Assembly (NCBI GenBank): GCA_025458125.1
Contig: JALOTA010000027.1
Span: 1,874 to 65,873 of the forward strand
Length of the DNA stretch: 64,000 nucleotides
Direction of reading: 5' to 3'
Origin: Hyphomicrobium sp.
GTDB lineage: Bacteria > Pseudomonadota > Alphaproteobacteria > Rhizobiales > Hyphomicrobiaceae
Shown here: in pieces, positions 54,835 through 64,000 of the stretch
Numbering within the stretch: position 1 is the stretch's first letter
How the letters are laid out: each line of letters begins with the position of its first letter
Made by a program: the position numbers and the translations under genes
The notes under the pieces: model-generated
What the model was told of the DNA's origin: nothing
Database searches by the model: none
Seen by the model: only the letters and a program-made list of their open reading frames with translations

Positions 54835-55446
54835 GTGGCGAAGTCCGGGCCTGTCCTTCAGAGATGTCCGTGGCCGGGCATCGCCGATCCGCTCTACGTC
54901 GCCTACCACGACGGCGAGTGGGGCGTGCCGCACGCTGACGACAAGCGTCTTTTCGAAAAGCTGATCCTGGAAGGCTTCCAGGCCGGGTTGTCCTGGCTGA
55001 CGATCCTCCGCAAACGAGAGGCTTTCCGGCGGGCGTTCCACGAATTCGATGCGGAGCGGATCGCCCGCTACGGCGACAAAGATGTCGCGCGGCTCATGGC
55101 CAACAGCGGCATCGTTCGTAACCGTCTCAAGATCGAAGCGACCATCGACAATGCGCGCGCCTTTCTCGCTCTTCGCCGGCGCACGACCCTTGCCGCTTTT
55201 CTCTGGTCGCACATGGAGAATGGACCCATCCTCAATTCGTTCAAATGTCTCGCGGAGGTGCCTGCCGCGACGGCCGAGTCCAAACGGCTCTCCAAGGCTC
55301 TGAAGGCCGAGGGATTCCGCTTCGTCGGACCGACGACCCTGTACGCCTACATGCAGTCGGTCGGTATGGTGAACGATCATCTCGTCGGCTGCCCGCGGCA
55401 CGCCGCTTGCGTTAAGTTGCACCGTTCCTTCGAGCCACCGCGATGA
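54835..55446 (+). CDS. tag: DNA-3-methyladenine glycosylase I
   Basis: GTG 54835 lies 8 nt after GGGAGGA. Motifs RCPW....PLYVAYHDGEWGVP, FEKLILEGFQAGLSW and YAYMQSVGMVNDH...C. Confidence 0.88.
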   Translation: MAKSGPVLQRCPWPGIADPLYVAYHDGEWGVPHADDKRLFEKLILEGFQAGLSWLTILRKREAFRRAFHEFDAERIARYGDKDVARLMANSGIVRNRLKIEATIDNARAFLALRRRTTLAAFLWSHMENGPILNSFKCLAEVPAATAESKRLSKALKAEGFRFVGPTTLYAYMQSVGMVNDHLVGCPRHAACVKLHRSFEPPR

Positions 55447-56060
55447 CCGGAGGAGCGGAAGCACCACATCGGCGAGCCTGGCAGCGCATGCTTTCGGGCC
55501 GGCGCCTGGATCTGCTCGATCCTTCTCCGGACGACATCGAGATCACGGATATCGCGCACGGACTCGCGCGCGTTGCGCGCTGGAATGGACAGACAGTCGG
55601 CGAACACGCGTTCTCGGTTGCCGAGCATGCGCTGATCGTGGAAGCGATCGTGTCGGACCGGTGGCCCCAGCGAAGCCGTCAGGATGGGCTCGCCGCGCTG
55701 CTCCATGACGCGCCGGAGTATGTGATCGGCGATCTCATCAGTCCGTTCAAGACGGCAATCGGGCTCGATTACAAAGCATTCGAACTGCGAATTCTTGCCG
55801 CCATTCACCGCCGCTTCGGCCTGCCTGCCATATTGCAGCCGCATCTCGCCGCTGCGATCAAGGCCGCAGACGCGGTCGCCGCCTACTATGAGGCGACACG
55901 GCTTGCCGGGTTCTCGGAAGACGAGGCGCGGCTTTATTTCGGCGTGCCGGATGGTTTGAGCCCGGCGCTTTCGGCGAGGCTCGATCGCTTGACGGCGTCT
56001 GCAACGGAGGTCGCGGAGCGGCACTTTCTGGAACGATTCGAGACACTGCTCCGGTCCTAG
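55443..56060 (+). CDS. HD-domain hydrolase (YfbR-like 5'-nucleotidase family)
   Basis: 205 aa with IAHGLARVARWNG.....FSVAEHAL and LLHDAPEYVIGD. ATGA overlap with the tag stop. Confidence 0.75.
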   Translation: MTGGAEAPHRRAWQRMLSGRRLDLLDPSPDDIEITDIAHGLARVARWNGQTVGEHAFSVAEHALIVEAIVSDRWPQRSRQDGLAALLHDAPEYVIGDLISPFKTAIGLDYKAFELRILAAIHRRFGLPAILQPHLAAAIKAADAVAAYYEATRLAGFSEDEARLYFGVPDGLSPALSARLDRLTASATEVAERHFLERFETLLRS

Positions 56061-56242
56061 GCCGGCGGCTTTGTGAGAAATGTGGACGAAGGTTGTGCGC
56101 GAGCGCGGAATATTCTCCGGTCCCCGACGTTAAGCAGAGCAGTTGCGACAGCCGGAGTGTTGCGTTGCTCGTTGAATTGGCTGCCGCCCGACCCAACCAC
56201 GCTCTTAGAGACGGGAGACTGAGCCTATGGTATCGGACGCAA

Positions 56243-57232
56243 ATGTGCGGCGTATCCCGCGCGAGAGCCTCGAGCGTCATCACCCGAAAGGGAGTTCCCA
56301 TCGTCGCCGTGCTCGACAACGAGCCTGTCGTGCTCGTCGTTCGTGACGATGCAAACACAGGCCAGGACTACCTGCCTTCGGGCCCGTTCTCGCCTCTGAA
56401 ACACCGCACCTTCGAAAGCGGTCTTCGTTCGTGGGTTTCCGAGCAGACCGGGCTTGAACTGGGATATGTCGAGCAACTCTATTCCTTCGGCGACCGGGGG
56501 CGGCACGCGCAGCCCGGTGATGAGATGCCTCACGTTGTTTCGGTCGGGTATCTCGCGCTCACCGACACCAGCCAGATCGAGGAGTCGCAACGCGGTTCCT
56601 GGCGCAGCTGGTATCACTACTTTCCGTGGGAGGACTGGCGCAAAGGCCGTCCGTCCATCCTCGAAGCGGAGATCGTGCCACGCCTGCTCGAATGGGCCGA
56701 TCGTCCCCAGCCGTCGGCCGAGCCGGCGCGGCCGGTTGCGCGGCGCGACCGTATCCGCATGTGTTTCGCCGTCGACGGCGGGACATGGGACGAGGAAAAA
56801 GTTCTCGACCGCTATGAACTGCTCTACGAGGCCGGGCTTGTGGAGGAAGCGCGCCGCGACGGCCGTGAGGCCGCGCTCGCGTGGGTCCCGGTGCCGCGTG
56901 TCGGTGCGATGATGCGCTTCGATCACCGCCGTATTCTGGCGACTGCGATCGGACGCACGCGCGCCAAGATCAAGTACCGGCCGGTGATTTTCGAACTGAT
57001 GCCGCCCGAGTTCACCCTGTTCGAGTTGCAGCGAACGGTGGAAGCCATTCTCGGACCGCATCTGCACAAGCAGAATTTCCGGCGCCTCGTCGAAGGCGCC
57101 GGGCTCGTCGAACCGACGGGCGAGATGAAGACACGCACGGGCGGACGGCCGGCGAAACTCTATCGCTTCCGCAGGGAGGTCCTGCTGGAACGGCCTGCTC
57201 CGGGCGTTCGGGTAAAACCGGGTCGCGTTTGA
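56243..57232 (+). CDS. nadQ: Nudix-like / winged-helix transcriptional regulator of NAD biosynthesis (NadQ, COG4111 type; NrtR-like architecture)
   Basis: 329 aa. The N-terminal Nudix-like fold has a degenerate Nudix box (GLRSWVSEQTGL). The C-terminal segment (FTLFELQRTVEAILG..LHKQNFRRLV......GRPAKLYRF) looks like a wHTH. It lies immediately upstream of nadA-nadB-nadC. The start is uncertain. Confidence 0.7.
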   Translation: MCGVSRARASSVITRKGVPIVAVLDNEPVVLVVRDDANTGQDYLPSGPFSPLKHRTFESGLRSWVSEQTGLELGYVEQLYSFGDRGRHAQPGDEMPHVVSVGYLALTDTSQIEESQRGSWRSWYHYFPWEDWRKGRPSILEAEIVPRLLEWADRPQPSAEPARPVARRDRIRMCFAVDGGTWDEEKVLDRYELLYEAGLVEEARRDGREAALAWVPVPRVGAMMRFDHRRILATAIGRTRAKIKYRPVIFELMPPEFTLFELQRTVEAILGPHLHKQNFRRLVEGAGLVEPTGEMKTRTGGRPAKLYRFRREVLLERPAPGVRVKPGRV

Positions 57233-57409
57233 CGAGCAAACTTCGCCTTGGCGGCATCGTTGCCGCCGGGGCGAACCGGGCATCTGCCCGTAATGCGTTC
57301 AGCGAAGTCCGGTTCTTCCGGAGGGTCGTTTCCCGACACGAATAATTTATGTCACGGCACGCCAATCCACTGGAAAAGCGGGCCGCCATCCCTTAAATTA
57401 AGCACTGGA

Positions 57410-57426
57410 ATGCTCGAATAGAGCAT
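57410..57426. promoter_or_regulatory. operator-like palindrome ATGCTC-N5-GAGCAT (site 1)
   Basis: Read directly. It lies between the regulator gene and nadA. Confidence 0.5.
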
Positions 57427-57470
57427 AACTCTGTCTTGCCGGCAAGTGCCGGTTATTCTCGGGCCTTATT

Positions 57471-57489
57471 TATGCTCCGCAAGAGCATA
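57471..57489. promoter_or_regulatory. operator-like palindrome TATGCTC-N5-GAGCATA (site 2)
   Basis: Read directly. Its arms match site 1. It lies about 24 nt upstream of the nadA ATG, and the two centres are 62 bp apart. Confidence 0.5.
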
Positions 57490-57512
57490 TTTTGGCCCTG
57501 GTGGAGCAAGAG

Positions 57513-58484
57513 ATGGTGCAGGTCACCCTTCCGCTAAGCCGTTCGGCTGCCGCATCGGCCTTCAAGCCCGCCGCTGAGGCGATGCCCGGCCATGGCATTA
57601 CGTTCACGCCGGCACTCGCGCGTGAACTCGCGCCTGTCTACGAGCGCATGAAGCGTGTCGTGACGCCGATGGAGTGGGTCCAGTACGCGCCGCTGGTCAA
57701 GGCGATCAACGAGCTCAAGGCCAAGCGGGGCGCGGTCATCCTCGCTCACAACTACATGACGCCCGAGATCTTCCATGGTGTCGCGGACTTCCGTGGCGAC
57801 AGCCTGCAACTCGCCCGCGAGGCGGCCAAGGCCAAGGCGGATGTCATCGTCCAGGCCGGCGTGCACTTCATGGCCGAGACGTCCAAGCTTCTTTCCCCGG
57901 ATAAGACCGTGCTGATCCCGGATCTGCGCGCGGGTTGTTCGCTGGCGTCGTCGATCACGGCGGCCGACGTGCGGCTTCTCCGGCAGGCTTATCCCGGCGT
58001 GCCGATCGTCACGTACGTCAACACCTCGGCGGCCGTGAAGGCTGAGTGCGACATCACCTGTACGTCCGCGAATGCTGTCAAGGTCGTGGAAAGTCTCGGC
58101 GCGCATGGCGCGGCCACTGCGAGGTTCACGAGCGGTTCACCGCCAGCGAACTGGAAGCCTACCGGGACGCCAATCCGGGTGTGAAAATCATTGCGCATCC
58201 AGAGTGCCCGCCGGACGTTATCGGCGTTGCCGACTTCACGGGCTCGACGTCGGGCATGATCAACTGGGTGAAGACGAACAAGCCACGCAAAGCGCTGCTC
58301 GTCACCGAGTGCTCGATGGCGTCCAACGTCGCCGATGAAGCGCCGGACGTGGAATTCGTGCGACCGTGCAATCTGTGCCCGCACATGAAACGCATCAGTC
58401 TTGAGGCAATCTACGAAAGCCTCAGGGATCTCAAATATGCGCGCACGCCGGGCCGTCGAACGCATGGTCAATCTCAACACCTGA
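57513..58484 (+). pseudogene. nadA: quinolinate synthase NadA, disrupted by two internal deletion/frameshift junctions
   Basis: Frame 1 (ATG 57513, GGAG RBS) reads good NadA up to ...[15 protein letters not shown], then nonsense and TGA at 58182. Frame 2 (track ORF 58046..58600) carries [13 protein letters not shown]...HPECPP...[24 protein letters not shown]. The NadA tail [14 protein letters not shown]-stop (58440..58484) is back in frame 1. Conserved segments are missing at both junctions. Confidence 0.8.
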
Positions 58485-58529
58485 TCCTCTTATGCCTCCT
58501 GAGGAGGCCTGTGCGCGAGGTAGCGTTCA

Positions 58530-60188
58530 ATGGCCAAGACCGTTCGGAATGGAAAGTTCAAGGGCTTCGCGGACCCGAAGCGGCCACTCGGGCCCGGTGA
58601 CATCGTCATCGTGGGCGCGGGGCTGGCTGGGCTTTACACCGCACTCAAGCTCGCACCGTTGCCGGTGACGATCGTCGCCGCCGCGCCGCTCGGCGAAGGT
58701 GCGTCGAGTGTGTGGGCGCAGGGCGGCATCGCCGCGGCGGTCGGCGAAGGCGATACGGCCGAAGCCCATGCCCACGACACCATCGCCGCCGGCGCCGGTA
58801 TCGTCGATGAGACCGTTGCTCGGACCGTGGCCGCCGAAGCGGGAGACCGCGTGCGCGACCTCCTTAGCTATGGCGTGCCGTTCGACCGCGATCTCGAAGG
58901 CCATTTCGTGCTGTCGCGCGAAGCCGCCCACTCCGCGAAGCGGATCGTGCGCGTCTCCGGGGACCGGGCAGGCGCCGCGATCATGCAGGCCCTGATCGCT
59001 GCGGCGCGGGCCACGCCGTCCATTCGCGTTCTGACGGGACATGAGGCGGAAGACCTCGTTCTTGAAGGCGGACGCGTCGTCGGCGTGCGCCTGGCGCGCG
59101 GCGAAACCCGCGGACAGGGAACTTACGAACTGCTGCCGGCGAGTGCCGTCGTGCTGGCAACGGGCGGCGTCGGCGGACTTTATGCCGTGACAACGAACCC
59201 GGCTTATGCGCGCGGCGAAGCGATCGCATTCGCGGCCCGGGCAGGTGCCGTGATTGCCGATCCCGAATTCGTGCAGTTCCACCCGACGGCCATTGACATC
59301 GGCGCAGATCCGGCCCCGCTGGCGACCGAAGCGCTGCGTGGCGAAGGTGCGCTGCTTGTTAACAAGGCGGGCGAGCGGTTCATGCTGCGGCATCATCCGG
59401 ATGGGGATCTGGCTCCACGCGATATTGTTGCGCGCGGCGTTTTCGAAGAAATCATTGCTGGCCGTGGTGCGTTTCTCGACTGCCGGGCCGCCGTCGGCGC
59501 GCGCTTTGCGACCGCCTTCCCGACCGTCTACGCGCACTGCAAGCGGGCCGGTATCGATCCCGCGACCGAACTCATTCCCGTGGCTCCGGCAGCTCACTAT
59601 CACATGGGCGGGATCGCAACGGACATGCACGGCCGTTCGAGCGTGGAAGGGCTGTGGGCTGCCGGCGAAGTCGCTTCGACGGGCCTGCACGGCGCCAACC
59701 GTCTCGCTTCCAATTCGCTCCTCGAGGCCATCGTGCTGGGAGGCCGCGCTGCCGACGACATTCGTTCGCTGGTGCCCGCATCGAACGCAAAGCCGATCGC
59801 GAAACTGCGCCTCGTGAAGGGCGGCGCGGTTGTCGACGTGCGATTGCGGGCCGACGCCATACGTCGCATTCGCCGCGTGATGAGCGAGGATGTGGGCGTG
59901 GTGCGCGAGGCCCGCGGCCTGAAGCACGCTCTCAGCGTGTTGCGCGACATCGAAAAGCAGGCGCCCGGTGACGCTATTGTCGCCAACATGGCGCTCAGCG
60001 CGCGACTCATCGCGGCCGCCGCGTTGATGCGCAAGGAAAGCCGCGGCGGCCATTTCCGCAGCGACTACCCGCAAACATCGGGCCGGGTGGGCAAGCGCAC
60101 ATTCATGACGCTGGATGATCTGCGAACAATCGAAGCGGCTTCCGCCCCGCGTTCGCGCAAGCGTGCGGCACTGGAGCTATCGCTGTGA
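58530..60188 (+). CDS. nadB: L-aspartate oxidase
   Basis: 552 aa with [47 protein letters not shown] and ESRGGHFR motifs. Confidence 0.93.
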   Translation: MAKTVRNGKFKGFADPKRPLGPGDIVIVGAGLAGLYTALKLAPLPVTIVAAAPLGEGASSVWAQGGIAAAVGEGDTAEAHAHDTIAAGAGIVDETVARTVAAEAGDRVRDLLSYGVPFDRDLEGHFVLSREAAHSAKRIVRVSGDRAGAAIMQALIAAARATPSIRVLTGHEAEDLVLEGGRVVGVRLARGETRGQGTYELLPASAVVLATGGVGGLYAVTTNPAYARGEAIAFAARAGAVIADPEFVQFHPTAIDIGADPAPLATEALRGEGALLVNKAGERFMLRHHPDGDLAPRDIVARGVFEEIIAGRGAFLDCRAAVGARFATAFPTVYAHCKRAGIDPATELIPVAPAAHYHMGGIATDMHGRSSVEGLWAAGEVASTGLHGANRLASNSLLEAIVLGGRAADDIRSLVPASNAKPIAKLRLVKGGAVVDVRLRADAIRRIRRVMSEDVGVVREARGLKHALSVLRDIEKQAPGDAIVANMALSARLIAAAALMRKESRGGHFRSDYPQTSGRVGKRTFMTLDDLRTIEAASAPRSRKRAALELSL

Positions 60189-61033
60189 CCCTGCCGCGGT
60201 TGCCCCGACAAGCGGTTCAAAAGGCCGTCTCGGATGCGCTGGCCGAGGATTTGGGACTGTCCGGCGACATCACGACCGATGCCACCGTGGCGCCGAATGC
60301 GACGGCCGACGCAGTGATCGCTTCGCGGCAGGATGGTGTGATCTCCGGCCTGGACCTGGCTGCGGCAGCATTCGCGGCACTCGATGACGGCGTCCGGTTC
60401 GATGTCGTTTCGCCGGACGGTACGCGGGTCGAAAAGGGCTATGTCGTCGCGCGAATTTCGGGCAGCGCGCGGGCAATCCTCACGGCGGAGCGCGTGGCAC
60501 TCAACTATCTCGGACGCCTCAGCGGCATCGCAACCCTGACGCGACGCTACGTCGACGCGGTCAGCGGCACCGGTGCCGCAATCGTGGACACCCGCAAGAC
60601 GACGCCCGGTCTTCGAGCGTTCGAGAAATACGCCGTGCGTTGCGGCGGCGGCAGGAACCACCGGACGGGTCTCTTCGATGCCATCCTGATCAAGGACAAC
60701 CACATCGTCGCTGCGGGCGGCATCGACGCCGCCATCGAGCGGGCCCGCGCCCATGCTGGTCACATGGTGAAAGTGGAAGTCGAAGTCGATACGCTCGAAC
60801 AACTCGCCCGCGTCATGCAACACAGGGTCGACGCCGTTCTGCTCGACAACATGACGCCCGCCACGTTGCGCGAAGCGGTGAAAATGGTGGCAGGGCGCGC
60901 GTTGACCGAAGCTTCCGGCGGCGTGAACCTCTCCACGGCCCGGGCCATCGCAGACGCGGGCGTCGATCTCATCTCGGTCGGTGCTCTGACCCATTCGGCG
61001 CCCGTTCTGGATCTCGGGCTCGACTTCGCGTAA
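60185..61033 (+). CDS. nadC: nicotinate-nucleotide pyrophosphorylase (carboxylating)
   Basis: 282 aa with a GTG start overlapping the nadB stop (GTGA). Motifs [29 protein letters not shown] and LDNM. Confidence 0.93.
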   Translation: MTLPRLPRQAVQKAVSDALAEDLGLSGDITTDATVAPNATADAVIASRQDGVISGLDLAAAAFAALDDGVRFDVVSPDGTRVEKGYVVARISGSARAILTAERVALNYLGRLSGIATLTRRYVDAVSGTGAAIVDTRKTTPGLRAFEKYAVRCGGGRNHRTGLFDAILIKDNHIVAAGGIDAAIERARAHAGHMVKVEVEVDTLEQLARVMQHRVDAVLLDNMTPATLREAVKMVAGRALTEASGGVNLSTARAIADAGVDLISVGALTHSAPVLDLGLDFA

Positions 61034-61168
61034 CGGGCTGGCCGTTGGCCTGACCCGTTAATCATGCGGTAGAGAAAGCTTGTTTTAGCCGCATTCATAT
61101 CCCAAGTGCAGGACGGTCCGGCCGGGCGCAGCACATGCCCGTCGCAGACGGGACCGGCGAGGAGCACC

Positions 61169-61390
61169 ATGACCTACATCGTCATCTGGGGACTTACGGC
61201 GATTGCAGCGGCGATCATCGGCGGGCTCGTGGCTGCGATGAAGAATCGCGACTACTCGGCGTGGGCTGCGTGGTGCTTCCTGTTTCCGCCGTTCGTGATC
61301 GCCATCCTGCTGACGCCGAAGAATTCGGGTCCGCCACCTCAGCGTCGCCGTCTGGGCGACGACGGCGATCCCGACCGCAGCATGCTCTAG
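61169..61390 (+). CDS. hypothetical small membrane protein
   Basis: ATG 61169 follows GAGGAG. 73 aa with two hydrophobic helices (IVIWGLTAIAAAIIGGLVAA and AAWCFLFPPFVIAILL) and a charged tail. Confidence 0.5.
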   Translation: MTYIVIWGLTAIAAAIIGGLVAAMKNRDYSAWAAWCFLFPPFVIAILLTPKNSGPPPQRRRLGDDGDPDRSML

Positions 61391-61396
61391 CTCCGG

Positions 61397-64000
61397 TCAG
61401 ACCGCGCCGCGGCGGCGTGCGGTGATGGCCGCGCGCGCAGCGGCGAGACGGGCAATCGGCACCCGGAACGGCGAGCACGAAACATAGTCGAGCCCGAGGG
61501 CATGAAAAAAGGCGACGGAATGAGCATCGCCGCCATGCTCTCCGCAGATGCCGATCTTCAGACCCGGCCGGCCGGCGCGCCCCTGCGCAACTCCGATCCG
61601 CACAAGTTCCCCCACCCCGGCCTCATCGATCGAAACGAACGGATCGCGGTCGAAGATCCCCTTGCCGGCGTAATTGGAAAGGATCGGTGCCGCATCATCG
61701 CGTGAGAGGCCGAGGCAGGTCTGCGTCAGGTCGTTGGTACCGAAGGAGAAGAACTCCGCGCCGGCCGCGCCTTCGCTCAATTCCCTTGCCCTCAGCGCCG
61801 CACGCGGCAATTCGATCATGGTGCCGATCTGGTAGGAAAGGCGGCAACCGTGCTGCGCTTCGATCGTATGAGCGGTGTTCCTGATCACGCCGGCCAGGAT
61901 GTCAAATTCCCGGCGGAATGCGACCAGCGGAATCATGATCTCGGGCTTCACCGGACGGCCGAGCGTCTTTTCAGCCTCGATCGCCGCTTCGAAAATCGCG
62001 CGGGCCTGCATCTCGGTGATTTCCGGATAGCGGATGGCGAGGCGGCACCCGCGGAATCCCAGCATCGGATTGAACTCAGAAAGTTCAGCGACGCGGGTCT
62101 TCAGCCGCTCCAGCGTAATGCCGAGCGCTTCGGCAATGGGGCCGAGTTCCGCCTCGTGACGCGGCAGGAATTCGTGCAGCGGCGGATCGAGAAGACGAAT
62201 GGTGACCGGATCACCTTCCATGATGCGAAAAAGTTCGACGAAGTCGGACCGCTGCATGGGCAGGATTCTGGCGAGGGCCGCGCGGCGGCCTTTTTCGTCG
62301 GCGGCACAGATCATTTCGCGCATCGCGAGAATCCGCGAGGCATCGAAGAACATGTGTTCCGTGCGGCAAAGCCCAATGCCTTCAGCCCCCAGCTTGCGTG
62401 CCTGAACGGCATCGCGGGGCGTGTCGGCGTTGGCGCGAACTTTCAGGCCGCGAAAGGTATCGGCCCAGGTGATCAGCGTTGCGAAGTCCGGCGACAACTC
62501 GGGCTGCTTCATGGCAACGGCGCCGGCGAGAACTTCGCCCGTCGTTCCATCGATGGTGATGAGATCGCCGCGACTGAACGTTCGTGACGCCGTGCGTACC
62601 GTTCCCTGTGCGAGGTCGATGCGGATGGCGCCGGCCCCGGAGATGCAGGGCAGGCCCATGCTGCGGGCGACGACAGCCGCGTGACTGGTCAGCCCGCCAC
62701 GCTGGGTCAACACCCCGACGGATGCGCTCATGCCGTTGATGTCTTCCGCGCTCGTCTCTACGCGAACGAGAATCACGCGGCGGCCCTGCGCGCGCATGAC
62801 TTCGGCCTCGTCGGACGTGAGCACGATTTCTCCGGTGGCCGCTCCCGGAGAAGCGGGCAGGCCGCGCGCAATCACATCTTTGGCGACGCCTTCTTCGATC
62901 CGTGGGTGCAGCAGGTGCGACAGGGCTTCGGGCTCGACCATCATCACCGCTTCATCGCGGGAGATAACGCCCTCGCCGACAAGATCGACGGCAATCTTCA
63001 GCGCCGCCTCTGCCGAGCGCTTGCCGGACCGCGTCTGGAGCATCCAGACCTTGCCCTCCTGGATGGTGAACTCCACGTCCTGCATGTCGCGATAATGCGC
63101 TTCCAGCCTGGCGAAGATATCCTTCAGCTGCGCGAAGGCATCCGGCATGGCCGTTTCGAGCGAGGCATCCTTTGCTTTGAATTCGGCTCGGGCCTTTTCG
63201 GTGAGCCGCAGGGGCGTGCGCGTTCCGGCGACGATGTCTTCGCCTTGGGCATTGGGCAGATATTCGCCATAGATCTCGCGGGTTCCCGTGGCCGGATTGC
63301 GCGTGAACGCAACGCCCGTGGCCGATGTTTCACCGCGGTTGCCGAACACCATCGCCTGCACGGTGACCGCCGTTCCCATGTCGTCGGGAATGGCATGCAG
63401 ACGCCGGTAGCTTTCCGCGCGATCGTTGCGCCAGGACCTGAGAACGGCGCCGATCGCGCCCCAGAGCTGCTCGTTCGTGTCCTGCGGGAAGTCCTGCCCC
63501 GTTTCCGACCGGATTGCTTCCTTGAAGCGTTCGATCAATTCGCGCCATTGCCCGGCCGAGACTTCCGTATCGGATGCGAGCGCATTGAGATTCTTGAAGT
63601 TGTCGAGAAGATCGGCGAACAGGCCATGATCGACGCCCAGCACGACATCGCCGTACATCTCGATGAAGCGCCGGTAGCTATCGTAGGCGAAGCGTTCGTC
63701 GCCCGACCGCCGGGCCAGTCCTTCGACAGTCGCGTCGTTCAGGCCCAGATTGAGGATGGTGTCCATCATACCGGGCATCGAGATCGCGGCACCCGAGCGC
63801 ACGGCCAGCAGAAGCGGATTGACCGGGTCTCCAAAGGTTGCCCCGGTTATTTTCCCCATCGCGGCCACGGCGTCGCGAACTTCCGTCTCGAGCCCTGCCG
63901 GCAAGGTCTGACCATTGGCGAAGAAATACCGGGACAGGCGGGTGGTGATGGTGAAGCCGGGAGGCACGGGAAGCCCGAGGCGGGACATCTCGGCAAGGTT
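61397..64000 (-). CDS. ppdK: pyruvate, phosphate dikinase (N-terminus lies beyond the right edge)
   Basis: The track ORF starts at an internal Met. The frame stays open to position 64000 (..NLAEMSRLGLPVPPGFTITT). Motifs GGLTSHAAVVARSMG (phospho-His), a PEP-utiliser domain, and C-terminal ICGEHGGD and VSCSPFRVP. Confidence 0.95.
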   Translation of the reverse strand, partial: NLAEMSRLGLPVPPGFTITTRLSRYFFANGQTLPAGLETEVRDAVAAMGKITGATFGDPVNPLLLAVRSGAAISMPGMMDTILNLGLNDATVEGLARRSGDERFAYDSYRRFIEMYGDVVLGVDHGLFADLLDNFKNLNALASDTEVSAGQWRELIERFKEAIRSETGQDFPQDTNEQLWGAIGAVLRSWRNDRAESYRRLHAIPDDMGTAVTVQAMVFGNRGETSATGVAFTRNPATGTREIYGEYLPNAQGEDIVAGTRTPLRLTEKARAEFKAKDASLETAMPDAFAQLKDIFARLEAHYRDMQDVEFTIQEGKVWMLQTRSGKRSAEAALKIAVDLVGEGVISRDEAVMMVEPEALSHLLHPRIEEGVAKDVIARGLPASPGAATGEIVLTSDEAEVMRAQGRRVILVRVETSAEDINGMSASVGVLTQRGGLTSHAAVVARSMGLPCISGAGAIRIDLAQGTVRTASRTFSRGDLITIDGTTGEVLAGAVAMKQPELSPDFATLITWADTFRGLKVRANADTPRDAVQARKLGAEGIGLCRTEHMFFDASRILAMREMICAADEKGRRAALARILPMQRSDFVELFRIMEGDPVTIRLLDPPLHEFLPRHEAELGPIAEALGITLERLKTRVAELSEFNPMLGFRGCRLAIRYPEITEMQARAIFEAAIEAEKTLGRPVKPEIMIPLVAFRREFDILAGVIRNTAHTIEAQHGCRLSYQIGTMIELPRAALRARELSEGAAGAEFFSFGTNDLTQTCLGLSRDDAAPILSNYAGKGIFDRDPFVSIDEAGVGELVRIGVAQGRAGRPGLKIGICGEHGGDAHSVAFFHALGLDYVSCSPFRVPIARLAAARAAITARRRGAV

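Noticed and set aside
57513-58600. Programmed ribosomal frameshifting or a simple sequencing slip as the explanation for the split nadA.
   Set aside because: Conserved NadA segments are physically missing at both frame changes, and no slippery heptamer or stimulatory structure is apparent. Deletions or mis-assembly fit better. An assembly artefact cannot be excluded without reads.
1-64000. Search for CRISPR arrays, IS elements or transposases, integrases, prophage genes, toxin-antitoxin pairs and restriction-modification genes.
   Set aside because: None was found by reading the ORF translations and scanning for regularly spaced repeats. The only repeats seen are the short ones reported above.

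Overview
The window is a visibly GC-rich, densely packed stretch of core chromosome. Its gene content and synteny look alphaproteobacterial (Hyphomicrobiales/Rhizobiales-like): cpdR, an rcdA-like DUF1465 gene next to DUF1192, DUF1036 next to pyk, HDAC-xseB-dxs, and a NadQ-type regulator with nadABC. I support about 60 protein genes, one tRNA-Val(GAC), and two ribosomal-protein genes that the ORF track misses or mis-starts (rpmJ, rpmE). I also call two tandem sRNA-like units, a heat-shock promoter with a ROSE-like RNA thermometer, several Rho-independent terminators and a pair of operator-like palindromes. Both edge genes are truncated by the window: gltB on the left and ppdK on the right. I saw no rRNA, CRISPR array, transposase, integrase, phage gene or recognisable defence island, so this is mostly ordinary housekeeping DNA. 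The observations most worth a second look are these: (1) nadA is broken at two internal deletion/frameshift junctions, while its regulator, operators, nadB and nadC look intact. (2) A translationally coupled, non-flagellar MotA/ExbB-like plus MotB/OmpA-like stator pair has long coiled-coil extensions. This is my best candidate for an uncharacterised system, but it is only a two-gene module. (3) Two tandem anti-Shine-Dalgarno sRNA candidates. (4) A large Clp_N-domain coiled-coil protein. Many long ORFs in the track are antisense shadows or N-terminal over-extensions typical of high-GC DNA, and the track translates GTG/TTG starts as M. I re-picked starts by eye from conserved N-termini and RBS-like motifs, so start coordinates are approximate. 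All family assignments come from reading the translations, not from database searches.
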